Positions 46,293 to 56,217 of a DNA stretch of 64,000 nucleotides are shown here, piece after piece. The notes beneath the pieces were generated by a model, which worked only from the letters and a program-made list of their open reading frames with translations, was not told the DNA's origin and did no database searches. This DNA is from a virus (lineage: Duplodnaviria > Caudoviricetes), in IMG/VR virus record IMGVR_UViG_3300033121_002193, positions 71,486 through 135,485 of that record, one strand, 5' to 3'. The first letter of the stretch is position 1; the number at the start of each line of letters is the position of its first letter. The translations under genes and the position numbers were made by a program.

Positions 46293-48416
46293 TTATCCTC
46301 CAATTGTATTATAAAAATTATTCAAAACAAAAGAACATCCGTTATTTTTTCCAACAGTGATATTTTTATCAAAAAGTTCATTTAAATCGTTTGTATGTTC
46401 AACAACAATAACTAATTTTTCTTTTGCTATTGATTTTAATATCTCTAACGATTCCATTTTTGAAAACAAATCCATTGAATCAAAAGGTTCATCGCAAATC
46501 AACCATCCAAAAGATTTTCCTGAGCGTTTAGACAAAATATTTCCAATTGCAACATCTATTGCTAAATTAATAGCACATTTTTCACCCCCTGACAACATTT
46601 TAAATAGTCTCTCATTGCTTTTTTGAAAAACTTTTAACACAATTCCTCTTTTAAGAGCTCCTTTTTGAGTAAGCTTTTCTGTTTCAAAAGCAAGAAAAAA
46701 ATCACTTGCATTTGGAATATTTTTTAAAAAACTATTTGCTTCATTTCCCAATGCAAACAAAAATTCTTCAAAAACCAACGTTAAAAAGTTTTCTTTTCCG
46801 AGACAATTGCAAATTTCTTGTTCTTTCTTCTTATTCAAATCTAATTTCGTTAATTCCGTTTGATTACTATAAATTTCTTGATTTTTGTTTTTATCTTCAA
46901 TGCTTTTTATTTGTAAAATTAAATCATTGACTATTTTTTTATTTTCATTTAATTGTAATTTAATTATATTAATATTGTTTTGCAATTTTTCTTTTTGTAT
47001 TTTTTGATTATAACTGTATTCTTGCTCACAGTTAGCAATTTTTATTTCTATTTCTCTTTTTACTTTTAAAAAATTAGCATCAATAAGCTTTAAATTATAA
47101 TCATAAGTATTTCTTAATTCAGAAAGAGATTGTTTACACAGCTTATATTGCGATTGTTTTTTATACAGTTCAGCCGATTTATTAAAGGCAACATTAAATA
47201 AATGTAATTGTTGTTCTTTTTCTTCTAATATTTTTTCTAACTGCAAAATTTGTTCATTTATTTTTATATATGTTGTATTTTTTTCAATTTGTATTTTCTT
47301 TATTTGGTTTTTTACTTTTTCTATCAATGCAATATCTTCTACAAAATCTTGATTACATGTAACACATTTTTTATCTATTAAACTCTTAAATTGTTGTTGC
47401 AAAAAAGGCAATTCAGAAAAAGTTTTTTCTAATAATTCTTTTTTTGTTTTTAATTCATTAATAGATACAAAAATTAGCTTTTTTTCTTCTATTATTTCAT
47501 TGCTTCTTTTTTGAATTTCTTGTGTTTCCAAAGAACCATCTTTTAAAAGCAAACTTATTTCTGTTTCAAGAAAATTTAGTTTTTCTTCGTTGCTTTTTAT
47601 ACTTTCGTTGAATTTATTTTCTAATTCTTTTTTTTGAAAATCGTACAACTTTATTGATTTTTCTTTTTCTAATAAAGCTTTTTGTTTAAATTCATCTAAT
47701 CCACAATGTTTATTATATAAAAAACGTGATAATTCATTAGTTGAAATTATTAACTTTTGTTCCAATTCTTGTGTTTTTTGTAAATAACTTTTCAATTGTA
47801 AAACAACATGAGACTTTTGATCGGCTAACATTTCGTTTTCTTTCTCTAATAGTTTTGTTTTGTTTATCAAATCACTTATAGAGGTTTCTATGTTTTTTAT
47901 AGAATCTCGAGAAACCTCTATAAGTGATTCTATTATTTGTAAATTCAATAAATTTGTCAAAAAATCAAATTTATCAACATTGTTCAATGACAAAAAATTT
48001 CCATATATCCCTTGAGGCTTATACGTTATAAAAGAAATAATTTCTGGAATATTCAGAATTTTTCTTAAAAATTCTTTAGCTATAGAAGCTTTATACACCT
48101 CTTCATTTACGCACAATTCATATTTTCCTGGGCCTCTTATAATTTTAAATACACTATTTTCATCTTTAAATTGCAATACTATTTTAAACGGTTCTTCTTC
48201 ATTCCAATTTTGAAGCTCGGTTGCTGGAGATAAACAATAATCGAATGCATACGCAATAGCTTCTAATAATGAAGTTTTTCCAGCGCCATTTGATAACGCA
48301 TTATCATTATTACAAATACCTTTCAACGAAACTAATCCTTTTTCAGGAAAAGTAATCAAATGCTCTCCTGAAAAAGAAAGAAAGTTTTTTATATACAAAT
48401 TATCTAAGTAAAACAT
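46293..48416 (-). CDS. sbcC: SbcC/Rad50-like ATPase
   Basis: NFLSF, SNGAGKTS, Zn hook CVTC, LSGGE, CDEPF and VEH motifs. Confidence 0.92.
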   Translation of the reverse strand: MFYLDNLYIKNFLSFSGEHLITFPEKGLVSLKGICNNDNALSNGAGKTSLLEAIAYAFDYCLSPATELQNWNEEEPFKIVLQFKDENSVFKIIRGPGKYELCVNEEVYKASIAKEFLRKILNIPEIISFITYKPQGIYGNFLSLNNVDKFDFLTNLLNLQIIESLIEVSRDSIKNIETSISDLINKTKLLEKENEMLADQKSHVVLQLKSYLQKTQELEQKLIISTNELSRFLYNKHCGLDEFKQKALLEKEKSIKLYDFQKKELENKFNESIKSNEEKLNFLETEISLLLKDGSLETQEIQKRSNEIIEEKKLIFVSINELKTKKELLEKTFSELPFLQQQFKSLIDKKCVTCNQDFVEDIALIEKVKNQIKKIQIEKNTTYIKINEQILQLEKILEEKEQQLHLFNVAFNKSAELYKKQSQYKLCKQSLSELRNTYDYNLKLIDANFLKVKREIEIKIANCEQEYSYNQKIQKEKLQNNINIIKLQLNENKKIVNDLILQIKSIEDKNKNQEIYSNQTELTKLDLNKKKEQEICNCLGKENFLTLVFEEFLFALGNEANSFLKNIPNASDFFLAFETEKLTQKGALKRGIVLKVFQKSNERLFKMLSGGEKCAINLAIDVAIGNILSKRSGKSFGWLICDEPFDSMDLFSKMESLEILKSIAKEKLVIVVEHTNDLNELFDKNITVGKNNGCSFVLNNFYNTIGG

Positions 48417-48802
48417 TAATGTACCTGATTTTTTTTAAAAACAAAAAAAGAATCATTTACTAATTCTATATTTTCATCTCTGTACTGATTCTCAATATCT
48501 TTTTTTATGAACTCACAGGTTTTCATTTGATAAAATGCAATCGCTTGCAATGATAAAGCTATATTTTTAAATATATAAATTATTTTCTGAATATTGCTTT
48601 TTTCAACAGAAGACAAAACTATCTGATCTTCTGTAACTAAAACAATATATTCACCACCATCTGAAATTTGATAATTAACAGTTAAACTATCTTTATTGCT
48701 TAGATAAAAACCGCAAACAATAAAATCGTTTTTTGGTCTACCTTGTTCTATTTCTTTTTTTGAAAATCTAACTATTTCGCCTTTAGAAAATTTTATATTC
48801 AT
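48416..48802 (-). CDS. hypothetical protein
   Basis: 128-aa ORF. Confidence 0.6.
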   Translation of the reverse strand: MNIKFSKGEIVRFSKKEIEQGRPKNDFIVCGFYLSNKDSLTVNYQISDGGEYIVLVTEDQIVLSSVEKSNIQKIIYIFKNIALSLQAIAFYQMKTCEFIKKDIENQYRDENIELVNDSFFVFKKNQVH

Positions 48803-48804
48803 TT

Positions 48805-49053
48805 TTACTGTTTTGTTTTTAGTTTTCTAGAATTCTTTTTAATTTCCTGTGCTATTTTTTCATCATATTCAACGGCTTTTTCCATATTTCCATTGTCTAT
48901 TTTTTCAACGAAATTACTACTAAATGCATTTAAAATTCTTGTCAAAGGATAATTACACTTTTCGCAAAAATAATTTTTTTCTGGTTTACTTTTTAAACCA
49001 ATTAATTTTTCTGTTTTGTGAAAACAAGAGTTGCAAAAAAAATTCAATATCAT
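48805..49053 (-). CDS. FmdB-like zinc-ribbon protein
   Basis: FCNSC...CEKCN.PLTRI. Confidence 0.6.
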   Translation of the reverse strand: MILNFFCNSCFHKTEKLIGLKSKPEKNYFCEKCNYPLTRILNAFSSNFVEKIDNGNMEKAVEYDEKIAQEIKKNSRKLKTKQ

Positions 49054-49081
49054 AAAACAATCCCTTTATAAAAAAATAAAA

Positions 49082-50911
49082 TTAAGAATCTTCATTTATT
49101 ACAGTTAAATCGTATTTCAAATCTTCTTGTAATCTATCTATGTTTTTTTCTGCAGCCTTTAATTTTTGATTTTCTGTATTATAATCTAATGCTTGAATTC
49201 TTTCTAATTCATCATCTCTACCAAAAACAACAACTCCGCCTAATGTACCTAATAGTGAAGAAATTGAAATAGCAGATCTTAATGCTTCTTTTACAGCTGG
49301 TTGGCTATCTAATAATCCAAGTTCAAGTGCATTGCCTGTTTCGTTTTTCACTGCGTCATATACCAAATCATTATTTTCTAGCAATGTAGTGGTAATAGAC
49401 TTAATTTCATCTGAGTTAAAACCGCAATTTCCCAATAACCAAAAAAATGGCTCGAATAAAGCCTGTGTCATTATTTCTTTAACAGACAAATTTTCATTTT
49501 TTGCTGCTAAAACAGACAAATCAAGAAGAATTCTGCAACCACCAGGAAGTACGCCATTTTTCAATGCACCTCTAATTGCACAAATGGCATCTTCTGCACG
49601 ATCTTTTGTTTCTCTTATTTGCGAATCTGCTATATCTGTAATTGTTAATTTTGCAATACCACCGCTCAATTTACCAATTCGTACTTTTAAATCTTGTTCA
49701 TCTATTTTAGAAACGGCATAATTCAATCGTTCTTTTAAATCTTTAACTCTTAATAAAACAGAAGTCTCGTTTCCATCTCCAATAATACAAGAACGAAATC
49801 TTTGCATTTCAAATCCCTGTACTTGAATTCCTAAATCTTCTCGTATACCTTCACTTAAAACATTGCTTACTGGATTAAATATTTTACCACCAGTAAAAGC
49901 AGAAACATCTTTTAAGAATTCAGTTCTTGAATTTGCAACCAAATCACTTGGAGTTGTACAACAAATAATCTTATAAGGTGTATTTCTAAATAGCTTTGCA
50001 CAATAAGCAATAAATTCTTTAGAAAATTCATGTGCAAACACTACACAGTTTAAAACAGTAATCTTTTTTTGTAAAAAATCTTGTTCAAAATTTTCCAAAA
50101 ATTTAGTCAATACAGCAATGTCTAGTAATTTACCATCATATAAAATAACAAAAGGCTCTTCTAAGAAAATTCTGTTTTGAGAAGCGTCATTTAAAAATTC
50201 ATTACAAAAACGTCCCAAAACTTCTTCATAGCCTTTTGAAATAGGAAATCCTTCTAACTTAGAGACAGAATATCCTTTTGGACCATTAGATTCATTAATC
50301 GTAATATGTCCTTCATCTCCAATTTGTTCAAAAGCTTCTAAAATCACTTTTGACAACTCAACATCCCCATTTGAAGAAATATTCGCTACTTTAAAGAGTA
50401 AATCATTTTTGTTATTTATATCTATTTTTATGGTTTTTGATTGAATATAAGGAACACAAATCTCGTCAAAAAACTTTTGAATTTGTTTTATGCAAATTTG
50501 TGGACTTAATTTCGGATTTTCTTTTAGAAATAAAGAGATATTTTTTAAAATTGCATAAGCTAGTACTGTAGATGTAGTTGTTCCATCACCTGCAAATTCA
50601 ACTGTTTTAATAGCAGCGTCTCTAAATGTTTCTAAAATTGCATGTTTAACAGGATCGTTAAAGCTTAAAGAACGAGCTACTGTAACTCCATCCTTTGATT
50701 GAAAAGGAGTAAATCCTTGTTCGTAACGTTCAATTAAAACCGTTTTGCCATTTGGACCTAAAGTAGAACCAACTATTTTAGCAATAACATCAATTGCTTC
50801 AAAAATTTTTTGATTTAAAGTATTAGAAGCACCTAATACAATTTTACTCGCACTTTTAATTTTCTTATGTTCTAAATTTGACATTTCCATCGTAAAAAAT
50901 ACAATAATCAT
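49082..50911 (-). CDS. groEL: GroEL-like chaperonin
   Basis: STLGPNG, KDGVTVA, AGDGTTTS, LSGGIA and GVLPGG motifs. Confidence 0.95.
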   Translation of the reverse strand: MIIVFFTMEMSNLEHKKIKSASKIVLGASNTLNQKIFEAIDVIAKIVGSTLGPNGKTVLIERYEQGFTPFQSKDGVTVARSLSFNDPVKHAILETFRDAAIKTVEFAGDGTTTSTVLAYAILKNISLFLKENPKLSPQICIKQIQKFFDEICVPYIQSKTIKIDINNKNDLLFKVANISSNGDVELSKVILEAFEQIGDEGHITINESNGPKGYSVSKLEGFPISKGYEEVLGRFCNEFLNDASQNRIFLEEPFVILYDGKLLDIAVLTKFLENFEQDFLQKKITVLNCVVFAHEFSKEFIAYCAKLFRNTPYKIICCTTPSDLVANSRTEFLKDVSAFTGGKIFNPVSNVLSEGIREDLGIQVQGFEMQRFRSCIIGDGNETSVLLRVKDLKERLNYAVSKIDEQDLKVRIGKLSGGIAKLTITDIADSQIRETKDRAEDAICAIRGALKNGVLPGGCRILLDLSVLAAKNENLSVKEIMTQALFEPFFWLLGNCGFNSDEIKSITTTLLENNDLVYDAVKNETGNALELGLLDSQPAVKEALRSAISISSLLGTLGGVVVFGRDDELERIQALDYNTENQKLKAAEKNIDRLQEDLKYDLTVINEDS

Positions 50912-51130
50912 TTTTTCTAAAAAAAAGCAATAACATAATTCAATGTAAATATTTAGTTACATCCTATATATAATATATTATCTGTAATATTATATTTTTA
51001 ATATTACAATTATAATATATATTCAAGAATATATACAGCAGACGATTTTTAGACTTTTGCTTAAAAAAAAGAGCTAAAAACTTAAAACATTGACATTTTT
51101 CTAAAAAACCAATAAAGAGTTTTGTAAAAA

Positions 51131-51901
51131 ATGAAAGAATACAAAACCATAGAAGATTGCTCTTTTGATGAAAAAGTTTTATTAAATCACCTTGTAGAAA
51201 CCGTAAAAGGAAATGCAGGTAGACAAAAACATATGAATTGGTATAGATACACTTTTCCTAAATTAATAAGCTATTATCAAATAAAAAAGCTATTTTTTAT
51301 AGCAAATGCCCTTGATTTTATTACGGTTTATTCTTTTTATGATGATGTAAAGAAAAAGCAATATTGGAATTGCAAATACAATAAAAGTATCCCATCAGAA
51401 CATTTAGATATAAATTTTCAAAATGCAGTTCACTTAAAAAAGCAAGAGCTAAAAATACAACGCTTACACAAAGAATTACTTGAAAATACCACTCAGAACT
51501 TGAAAGAAATAGCTAAAAAATTAAAAATTAGCTATGCATCTGCAAAAAGTTACTTTCAAGTTCTGAAAAAAAAATTTAATCTCACTTTAAAAAAAACAAA
51601 AAAAGATACTAAAGATTTTTTTGTTGATTCATGTAAACAAATCGTTGAAAATGTTGGGATTATTTTTGAAAAAAATAGCTTTTTGGAAACACTAAAGGAA
51701 AATCTTTTATTTGCTTTAAATAGTAAAGAGCTAATTGAAAAGCTAACTTATGAAAATAAATTTTACAAAGAACAATTTTACAGATCAAATTACGAGAATA
51801 AGCAAAACGAAGAAAAAGTTACAGATTATAGAAATCAAGACATGGGTGATGCTGTTAATAGATTTTTTGTTAACAGGCATTATCAAAATTTTTCATTCTA
51901 A
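51131..51901 (+). CDS. HTH-containing protein (possible regulator or initiator)
   Basis: NLKEIAKKLKISYASAKSY; first gene after the AT-rich strand switch. Confidence 0.55.
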   Translation: MKEYKTIEDCSFDEKVLLNHLVETVKGNAGRQKHMNWYRYTFPKLISYYQIKKLFFIANALDFITVYSFYDDVKKKQYWNCKYNKSIPSEHLDINFQNAVHLKKQELKIQRLHKELLENTTQNLKEIAKKLKISYASAKSYFQVLKKKFNLTLKKTKKDTKDFFVDSCKQIVENVGIIFEKNSFLETLKENLLFALNSKELIEKLTYENKFYKEQFYRSNYENKQNEEKVTDYRNQDMGDAVNRFFVNRHYQNFSF

Positions 51902-52056
51902 AATTGAATCTATAAAAATAACCAAAAAACAAAAACAGATTCAAGCTGACATAGATTTTTTTTATAAAATTAGACACTTAAAAGACGATGAAGAAATGTC
52001 TAATTTGATTTTTAATTTATTGAAACAAAGATTTTTCTTAAAAAGAAAGATAGCAA

Positions 52057-52521
52057 ATGAATATCAATCTAAACGAACTTATTCCAGAGTCTAATTTTTT
52101 TACATGGGGAGAAGCTTTGTATTTGCCATATATAAAAAAATTCTACAAAAATCCAACAAAACAAGAACAAGAAAACATTAAAAGCTTAGCCTTAAAATTA
52201 AATCATGTAAGAGAATATTTTAAAGTTCCATTTAAGGTGAATGTTTGGATAAGGCCGAATGATTTCAATGATGAAACTTACGAGCATTTAGATTATAATG
52301 TTTTAGTGGGTGGCACTAAAAACAGTTCACATATTTATGGTTTAGCGGTTGATGGTTATTTTATTGGTTTAGATGTAGATTATTGTATAGAAAAATTAAT
52401 CCCAAAGTTAACCGAATTTAAGCTATCTATGGAACTCAATGGCTCAAAATATCAAAGAAACTGGATACATTTGCAAGATAGACCCATGAACGATGGCAAT
52501 TATAGAGCATTTTTACCGTGA
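52057..52521 (+). CDS. peptidase M15-family endolysin
   Basis: R...YNVLVGG..SSHIYGLAVD...WIH. Confidence 0.85.
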   Translation: MNINLNELIPESNFFTWGEALYLPYIKKFYKNPTKQEQENIKSLALKLNHVREYFKVPFKVNVWIRPNDFNDETYEHLDYNVLVGGTKNSSHIYGLAVDGYFIGLDVDYCIEKLIPKLTEFKLSMELNGSKYQRNWIHLQDRPMNDGNYRAFLP

Positions 52522-52766
52522 ATCTTTTTGAAAATGATTTTGAAATAATATATAACTTTTTAGAAACAACAAAAAAAGAGATTGGTTTTCCCAATTTAAT
52601 TGACAAGCAAAATAATATATGGCAAAATGATGAAATCTGTAATAGTTTTTTATTGTTATGTGAAAAGCATCTTTTTAAAATAAATAATAAGAAAAAATAC
52701 AATTATCAATTTACAATTAAACGAATGAAGTTTGAAAGAAAAAGCACAAGAAAGAGCACAATGTGA
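52518..52766 (+). CDS. hypothetical protein
   Basis: 82-aa coupled ORF. Confidence 0.55.
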   Translation: MNLFENDFEIIYNFLETTKKEIGFPNLIDKQNNIWQNDEICNSFLLLCEKHLFKINNKKKYNYQFTIKRMKFERKSTRKSTM

Positions 52767-53458
52767 AAAAAACAAAGCCACAAATAAAAAAAATAAACAC
52801 AGTTAAAGCTGTTAACAACGAAGATATGTTTTTTGAAAAAAACGTACAAAACGATGAAAACTTAATCAAGCTTTATAAAAAGATAACAGATTCACAAATG
52901 CTTTACAACTTAGCCTCTTTAAATTGGAATAAATTGTTAAAGGAAATTTGTTTAGATAATAGATTTGAACTCACAACTTCTTTTTCTTTGTCGCTAGGTG
53001 AAGAATTAAAAAATTTTTTTATCAATAAATTAGAAAAAATTATTTATTTAGATAAAGAAAAAACTACCAATTTAAAAGATTTAAGTGAAGAAGATTTACA
53101 AGTTGTTAAAATATTGATTAATCAAATTAAAACAAAGAAAGAAAAACATCTTCATGATTATAATAGTAATAAAAAAGAACAAGTAGAAGAAAACAAACCG
53201 GAAGATACAGTACAAGAAAAAACAGTAATTGAAAAAAATCTAGTTAATAAAAACATTAAAAGGATTACTTTTTCAAAAAATCCTTATATTAAACCATTTC
53301 CATCTCCAGAAGAAAATCAAGCACGTGCAATTATTGAAGCACAAAATACATTAGGTACTGCTAGAAACTTAGGGGTTGGAAGTTTTTCTGTTCAATCGTC
53401 CCCTAGTGAGGAAATTAATGGTGACAGTTCTTCTTTTAGAGATCCTAACGCTTTTTAA
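52763..53458 (+). CDS. hypothetical protein
   Basis: 231-aa coupled ORF. Confidence 0.6.
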   Translation: MKKTKPQIKKINTVKAVNNEDMFFEKNVQNDENLIKLYKKITDSQMLYNLASLNWNKLLKEICLDNRFELTTSFSLSLGEELKNFFINKLEKIIYLDKEKTTNLKDLSEEDLQVVKILINQIKTKKEKHLHDYNSNKKEQVEENKPEDTVQEKTVIEKNLVNKNIKRITFSKNPYIKPFPSPEENQARAIIEAQNTLGTARNLGVGSFSVQSSPSEEINGDSSSFRDPNAF

Positions 53459-53466
53459 AGGAAATT

Positions 53467-54009
53467 ATGCAAAACTTTGAGATTTTAGAGTCTTCTTATT
53501 TAAATGAAATAAAAACCTATGATGGAAAAATAATTAAACTCGAATTAAAGAAAACAAATTATGCAGAAGAAAGAATTTCAGATATTCAAACAGCAAATCC
53601 AGAAACTTTACCAGAATTAACAGCTGTTTTCTTAAACAGTTGTTATGAATTAAATTATGCAATAGGTATTTTATCCACTCAATTGGCATTAACAAAACAT
53701 CAAAAAGAATTAGTGGCGTCACACACGTTAATAGAAAAAGTGCCAATTCTTATAGAGCAATCAAGACAAAGATCTTCTGAAGATTTAAGAAGTGCTTTTA
53801 TTGAAATCGATGAAAATTATAAAAAATATAAAGAAATTGGTTTGCTTTTAGATAGTGTTTGTTCTAATTTGAAAGACAGAAGAAAAGTAATAGAAATGGC
53901 TTATTTTTCTTGTCAAAAATTAGCTGAATTGAAAAAGTTAAAAATCAGTACAGCTTCTTATCAATATGGCAATTTTGATGAAATAACCGCAGGAAGTGAA
54001 ATTACATGA
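53467..54009 (+). CDS. hypothetical protein (possible UvsY-like recombination mediator)
   Basis: Helical protein directly upstream of recA. Confidence 0.4.
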   Translation: MQNFEILESSYLNEIKTYDGKIIKLELKKTNYAEERISDIQTANPETLPELTAVFLNSCYELNYAIGILSTQLALTKHQKELVASHTLIEKVPILIEQSRQRSSEDLRSAFIEIDENYKKYKEIGLLLDSVCSNLKDRRKVIEMAYFSCQKLAELKKLKISTASYQYGNFDEITAGSEIT

Positions 54010-55043
54010 GTTTAAAAGAAAATTTTGGAAGTTTAATAAAAAAAACAGGCGCAGTTACAGAAATACATAATCCTTTTAATGAGATAATAAAAAGCAATAG
54101 TCCTAGTTTAAATTGGATTTTTGGCAATACACACGGGATGCCGCTTGGTTATACTGTAGCTTTTTGGGGTCCACCTAAAAGTGGAAAAACTTTAATTATA
54201 AATGATTTTATTAGTCGTCTTCATTTGGATGATCTAGATGCCATGGTAGTTCGTTTTGATACAGAAATGAGAAGTCAATTACAAAAAAACATGTATAACA
54301 TTGATGATAATAGACTTCTTACTATTGAAACGAATGATCCTGTTGAAATTTTTGATACAATAGAAAAGGATATAACAAGCGAAATTCAAAATAAGAAAAA
54401 AATAAAAGTTATTGTTATTGATTCTATCAATGCAATAAGAGGAAGACGTTCTTTTAAGTCAGAAAGTATTGATGATATAAATATTGGAGATTTAGCATTA
54501 ACTTTGCAAGAAGGTTTTCAACGTATAGTTCCTATTATTCGTCGTTATAAAATTGCATTAATGTGTACTGTGCAAGCTCGTGCTGAATTCGATCAAATAG
54601 AAAAAATGAGAGGAAAGAACACAAAGCCTGCTTTACCAAAAGGCACACATCATTTGATCGAATATATTGTAAAGGTAGAAGAGAATCAAAAAAAAGATAG
54701 TCAAATTGTTGATAATGAAAAAACAGATATGGCAAATAAAAATGCCATCATTGGACATAAAATAAAAGCAATCATGGAACATTCTTCATGTTCACCAAAA
54801 GGTAGAACGGCAGAATTTACCATTGATTATACAAAAGGTATTATAAAAATAGGCGAAGAAGTGGCGACTTTAGCTACAAATCAACAAGTTTTTAATAGGC
54901 CAAATAATAGAACATATGAATTTGAAGAGCATGTTTTTCATAGCAGAGATTCGTTAATCGATGCATTAGAAAATAATGTTGAGCTAAGAGATAAAGTGAT
55001 AAACAGTTTAAAACAAAAAGATTTAAATACTATCAGGCTATAA
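54006..55043 (+). CDS. recA: RecA/UvsX-like recombinase
   Basis: SLNWIFG..GMPLG, GPPKSGKT, FDTE and VIDSI motifs. Confidence 0.9.
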   Translation: MSLKENFGSLIKKTGAVTEIHNPFNEIIKSNSPSLNWIFGNTHGMPLGYTVAFWGPPKSGKTLIINDFISRLHLDDLDAMVVRFDTEMRSQLQKNMYNIDDNRLLTIETNDPVEIFDTIEKDITSEIQNKKKIKVIVIDSINAIRGRRSFKSESIDDINIGDLALTLQEGFQRIVPIIRRYKIALMCTVQARAEFDQIEKMRGKNTKPALPKGTHHLIEYIVKVEENQKKDSQIVDNEKTDMANKNAIIGHKIKAIMEHSSCSPKGRTAEFTIDYTKGIIKIGEEVATLATNQQVFNRPNNRTYEFEEHVFHSRDSLIDALENNVELRDKVINSLKQKDLNTIRL

Positions 55044-55090
55044 ACTTAATTTTATAATAGCTTTGCTTATTTATTTACAAGGATATTATA

Positions 55091-55258
55091 ATGAAAAAAA
55101 AATTAAAAGAAGGTAGTAGTCAAAAAGTTATTAGCGAAAATATTGCGACAGAAATTAAAGCTGGAAAAGATCCTGCGCAGGCAAAAGCAATTGCTTATTC
55201 TAAAGCAGGAAAAACGAAAAAAATGTACAAAACAATAAATATGTTTAACAAAAAATGA
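55091..55258 (+). CDS. small basic phage protein (55 aa, absent from ORF track)
   Basis: [39 protein letters not shown] matches a recurrent small phage family; AAGGA RBS. Confidence 0.75.
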   Translation: MKKKLKEGSSQKVISENIATEIKAGKDPAQAKAIAYSKAGKTKKMYKTINMFNKK

Positions 55259-55264
55259 TAAACT

Positions 55265-56215
55265 ATGATTAATAATTTTTTTGAGAAAGTAATTAAAATT
55301 TTAGATGAAAATGGTATAAACTACAAAGAAAGAGCAAATGCGATAACACTTAATTGTCCGTTTTGTCAAAAAAACAAATTAGATATTAATAAAAATGAAG
55401 GTTTTTATATCTGCTATTTTTGCGCAAGTAAAGATAATGTAAAAGGTAAAAATCCTGCGTATATATTGTCAAAAATTACATCGTTGCCTTATGTATATTT
55501 AAAAGCAAAATTTAGTGATATTTGTATAGAAGATATTAGTTTAGATACATATGTTGAAAAAAACATTAAAACAACATATATAGAAAAAGCAGTAAATTCT
55601 ATTTCTTGGCCAAAAAATTTCTTTAGAATAAATTTAGATATATCTATTCCAGGATTAAATTATTTAAAAGATAGAGGAATAGACGCAGAAACCGCAAAAA
55701 AACATGAAATTAGATACAGTCCAGAAAACTATCAGATTATTTTTCCTGTTTTTTCTAATGATATTTTGGTTGGGTATCAAGGACGTTCTATTTTAAAAAA
55801 CATAGATAAAAAGTTCAGCAAAATAACTATGCCAGGATTTCAAAAATCAAATTTTTTGATGTTTGAAAAAACAATCAATACTGATTCTGTTATTTTGGCA
55901 GAGGGACCTATATCGGCCTTAAAATTTGCAAAAACTGGCATTCCTTTTGTTGCAAGCATGGGCAAGTATATAAGCACAAGCCAAATGCAATTATTAAAAA
56001 AAAAAGGAATAAAAAAGATATATTTAGCTTTAGACAAAGATGCATATAAAGAAACAATAGTATTAGTAAAAACCTATAATTGCGAATTTGAATTTTATTA
56101 TATTAATGTTCCATCAAATAAAGAGGATTTTGGAGATTGTACTTTTGAAGAATGCAATTATGCATTAACCCAATCTTTTTTTGCTACTCAAAATAACATT
56201 TTTCCAAGTTTTTAA
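55265..56215 (+). CDS. DNA primase (Zn finger + TOPRIM)
   Basis: CPFC..CYFC, YLKDRGI, AEGP, LALDKD and DFGD motifs. Confidence 0.9.
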   Translation: MINNFFEKVIKILDENGINYKERANAITLNCPFCQKNKLDINKNEGFYICYFCASKDNVKGKNPAYILSKITSLPYVYLKAKFSDICIEDISLDTYVEKNIKTTYIEKAVNSISWPKNFFRINLDISIPGLNYLKDRGIDAETAKKHEIRYSPENYQIIFPVFSNDILVGYQGRSILKNIDKKFSKITMPGFQKSNFLMFEKTINTDSVILAEGPISALKFAKTGIPFVASMGKYISTSQMQLLKKKGIKKIYLALDKDAYKETIVLVKTYNCEFEFYYINVPSNKEDFGDCTFEECNYALTQSFFATQNNIFPSF

Positions 56216-56217
56216 AC

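Noticed and set aside
19941-49721. Numerous short + strand ORFs inside the - strand block (e.g. 19941, 25092, 26200, 32996, 38505, 46357, 49332)
   Set aside because: They are antisense to well-supported genes and have no recognisable motifs.
51750-52094. 114-aa ORF overlapping 51131..51901
   Set aside because: The large overlap makes the given start doubtful; a shorter gene may exist but neither its start nor its function can be supported.
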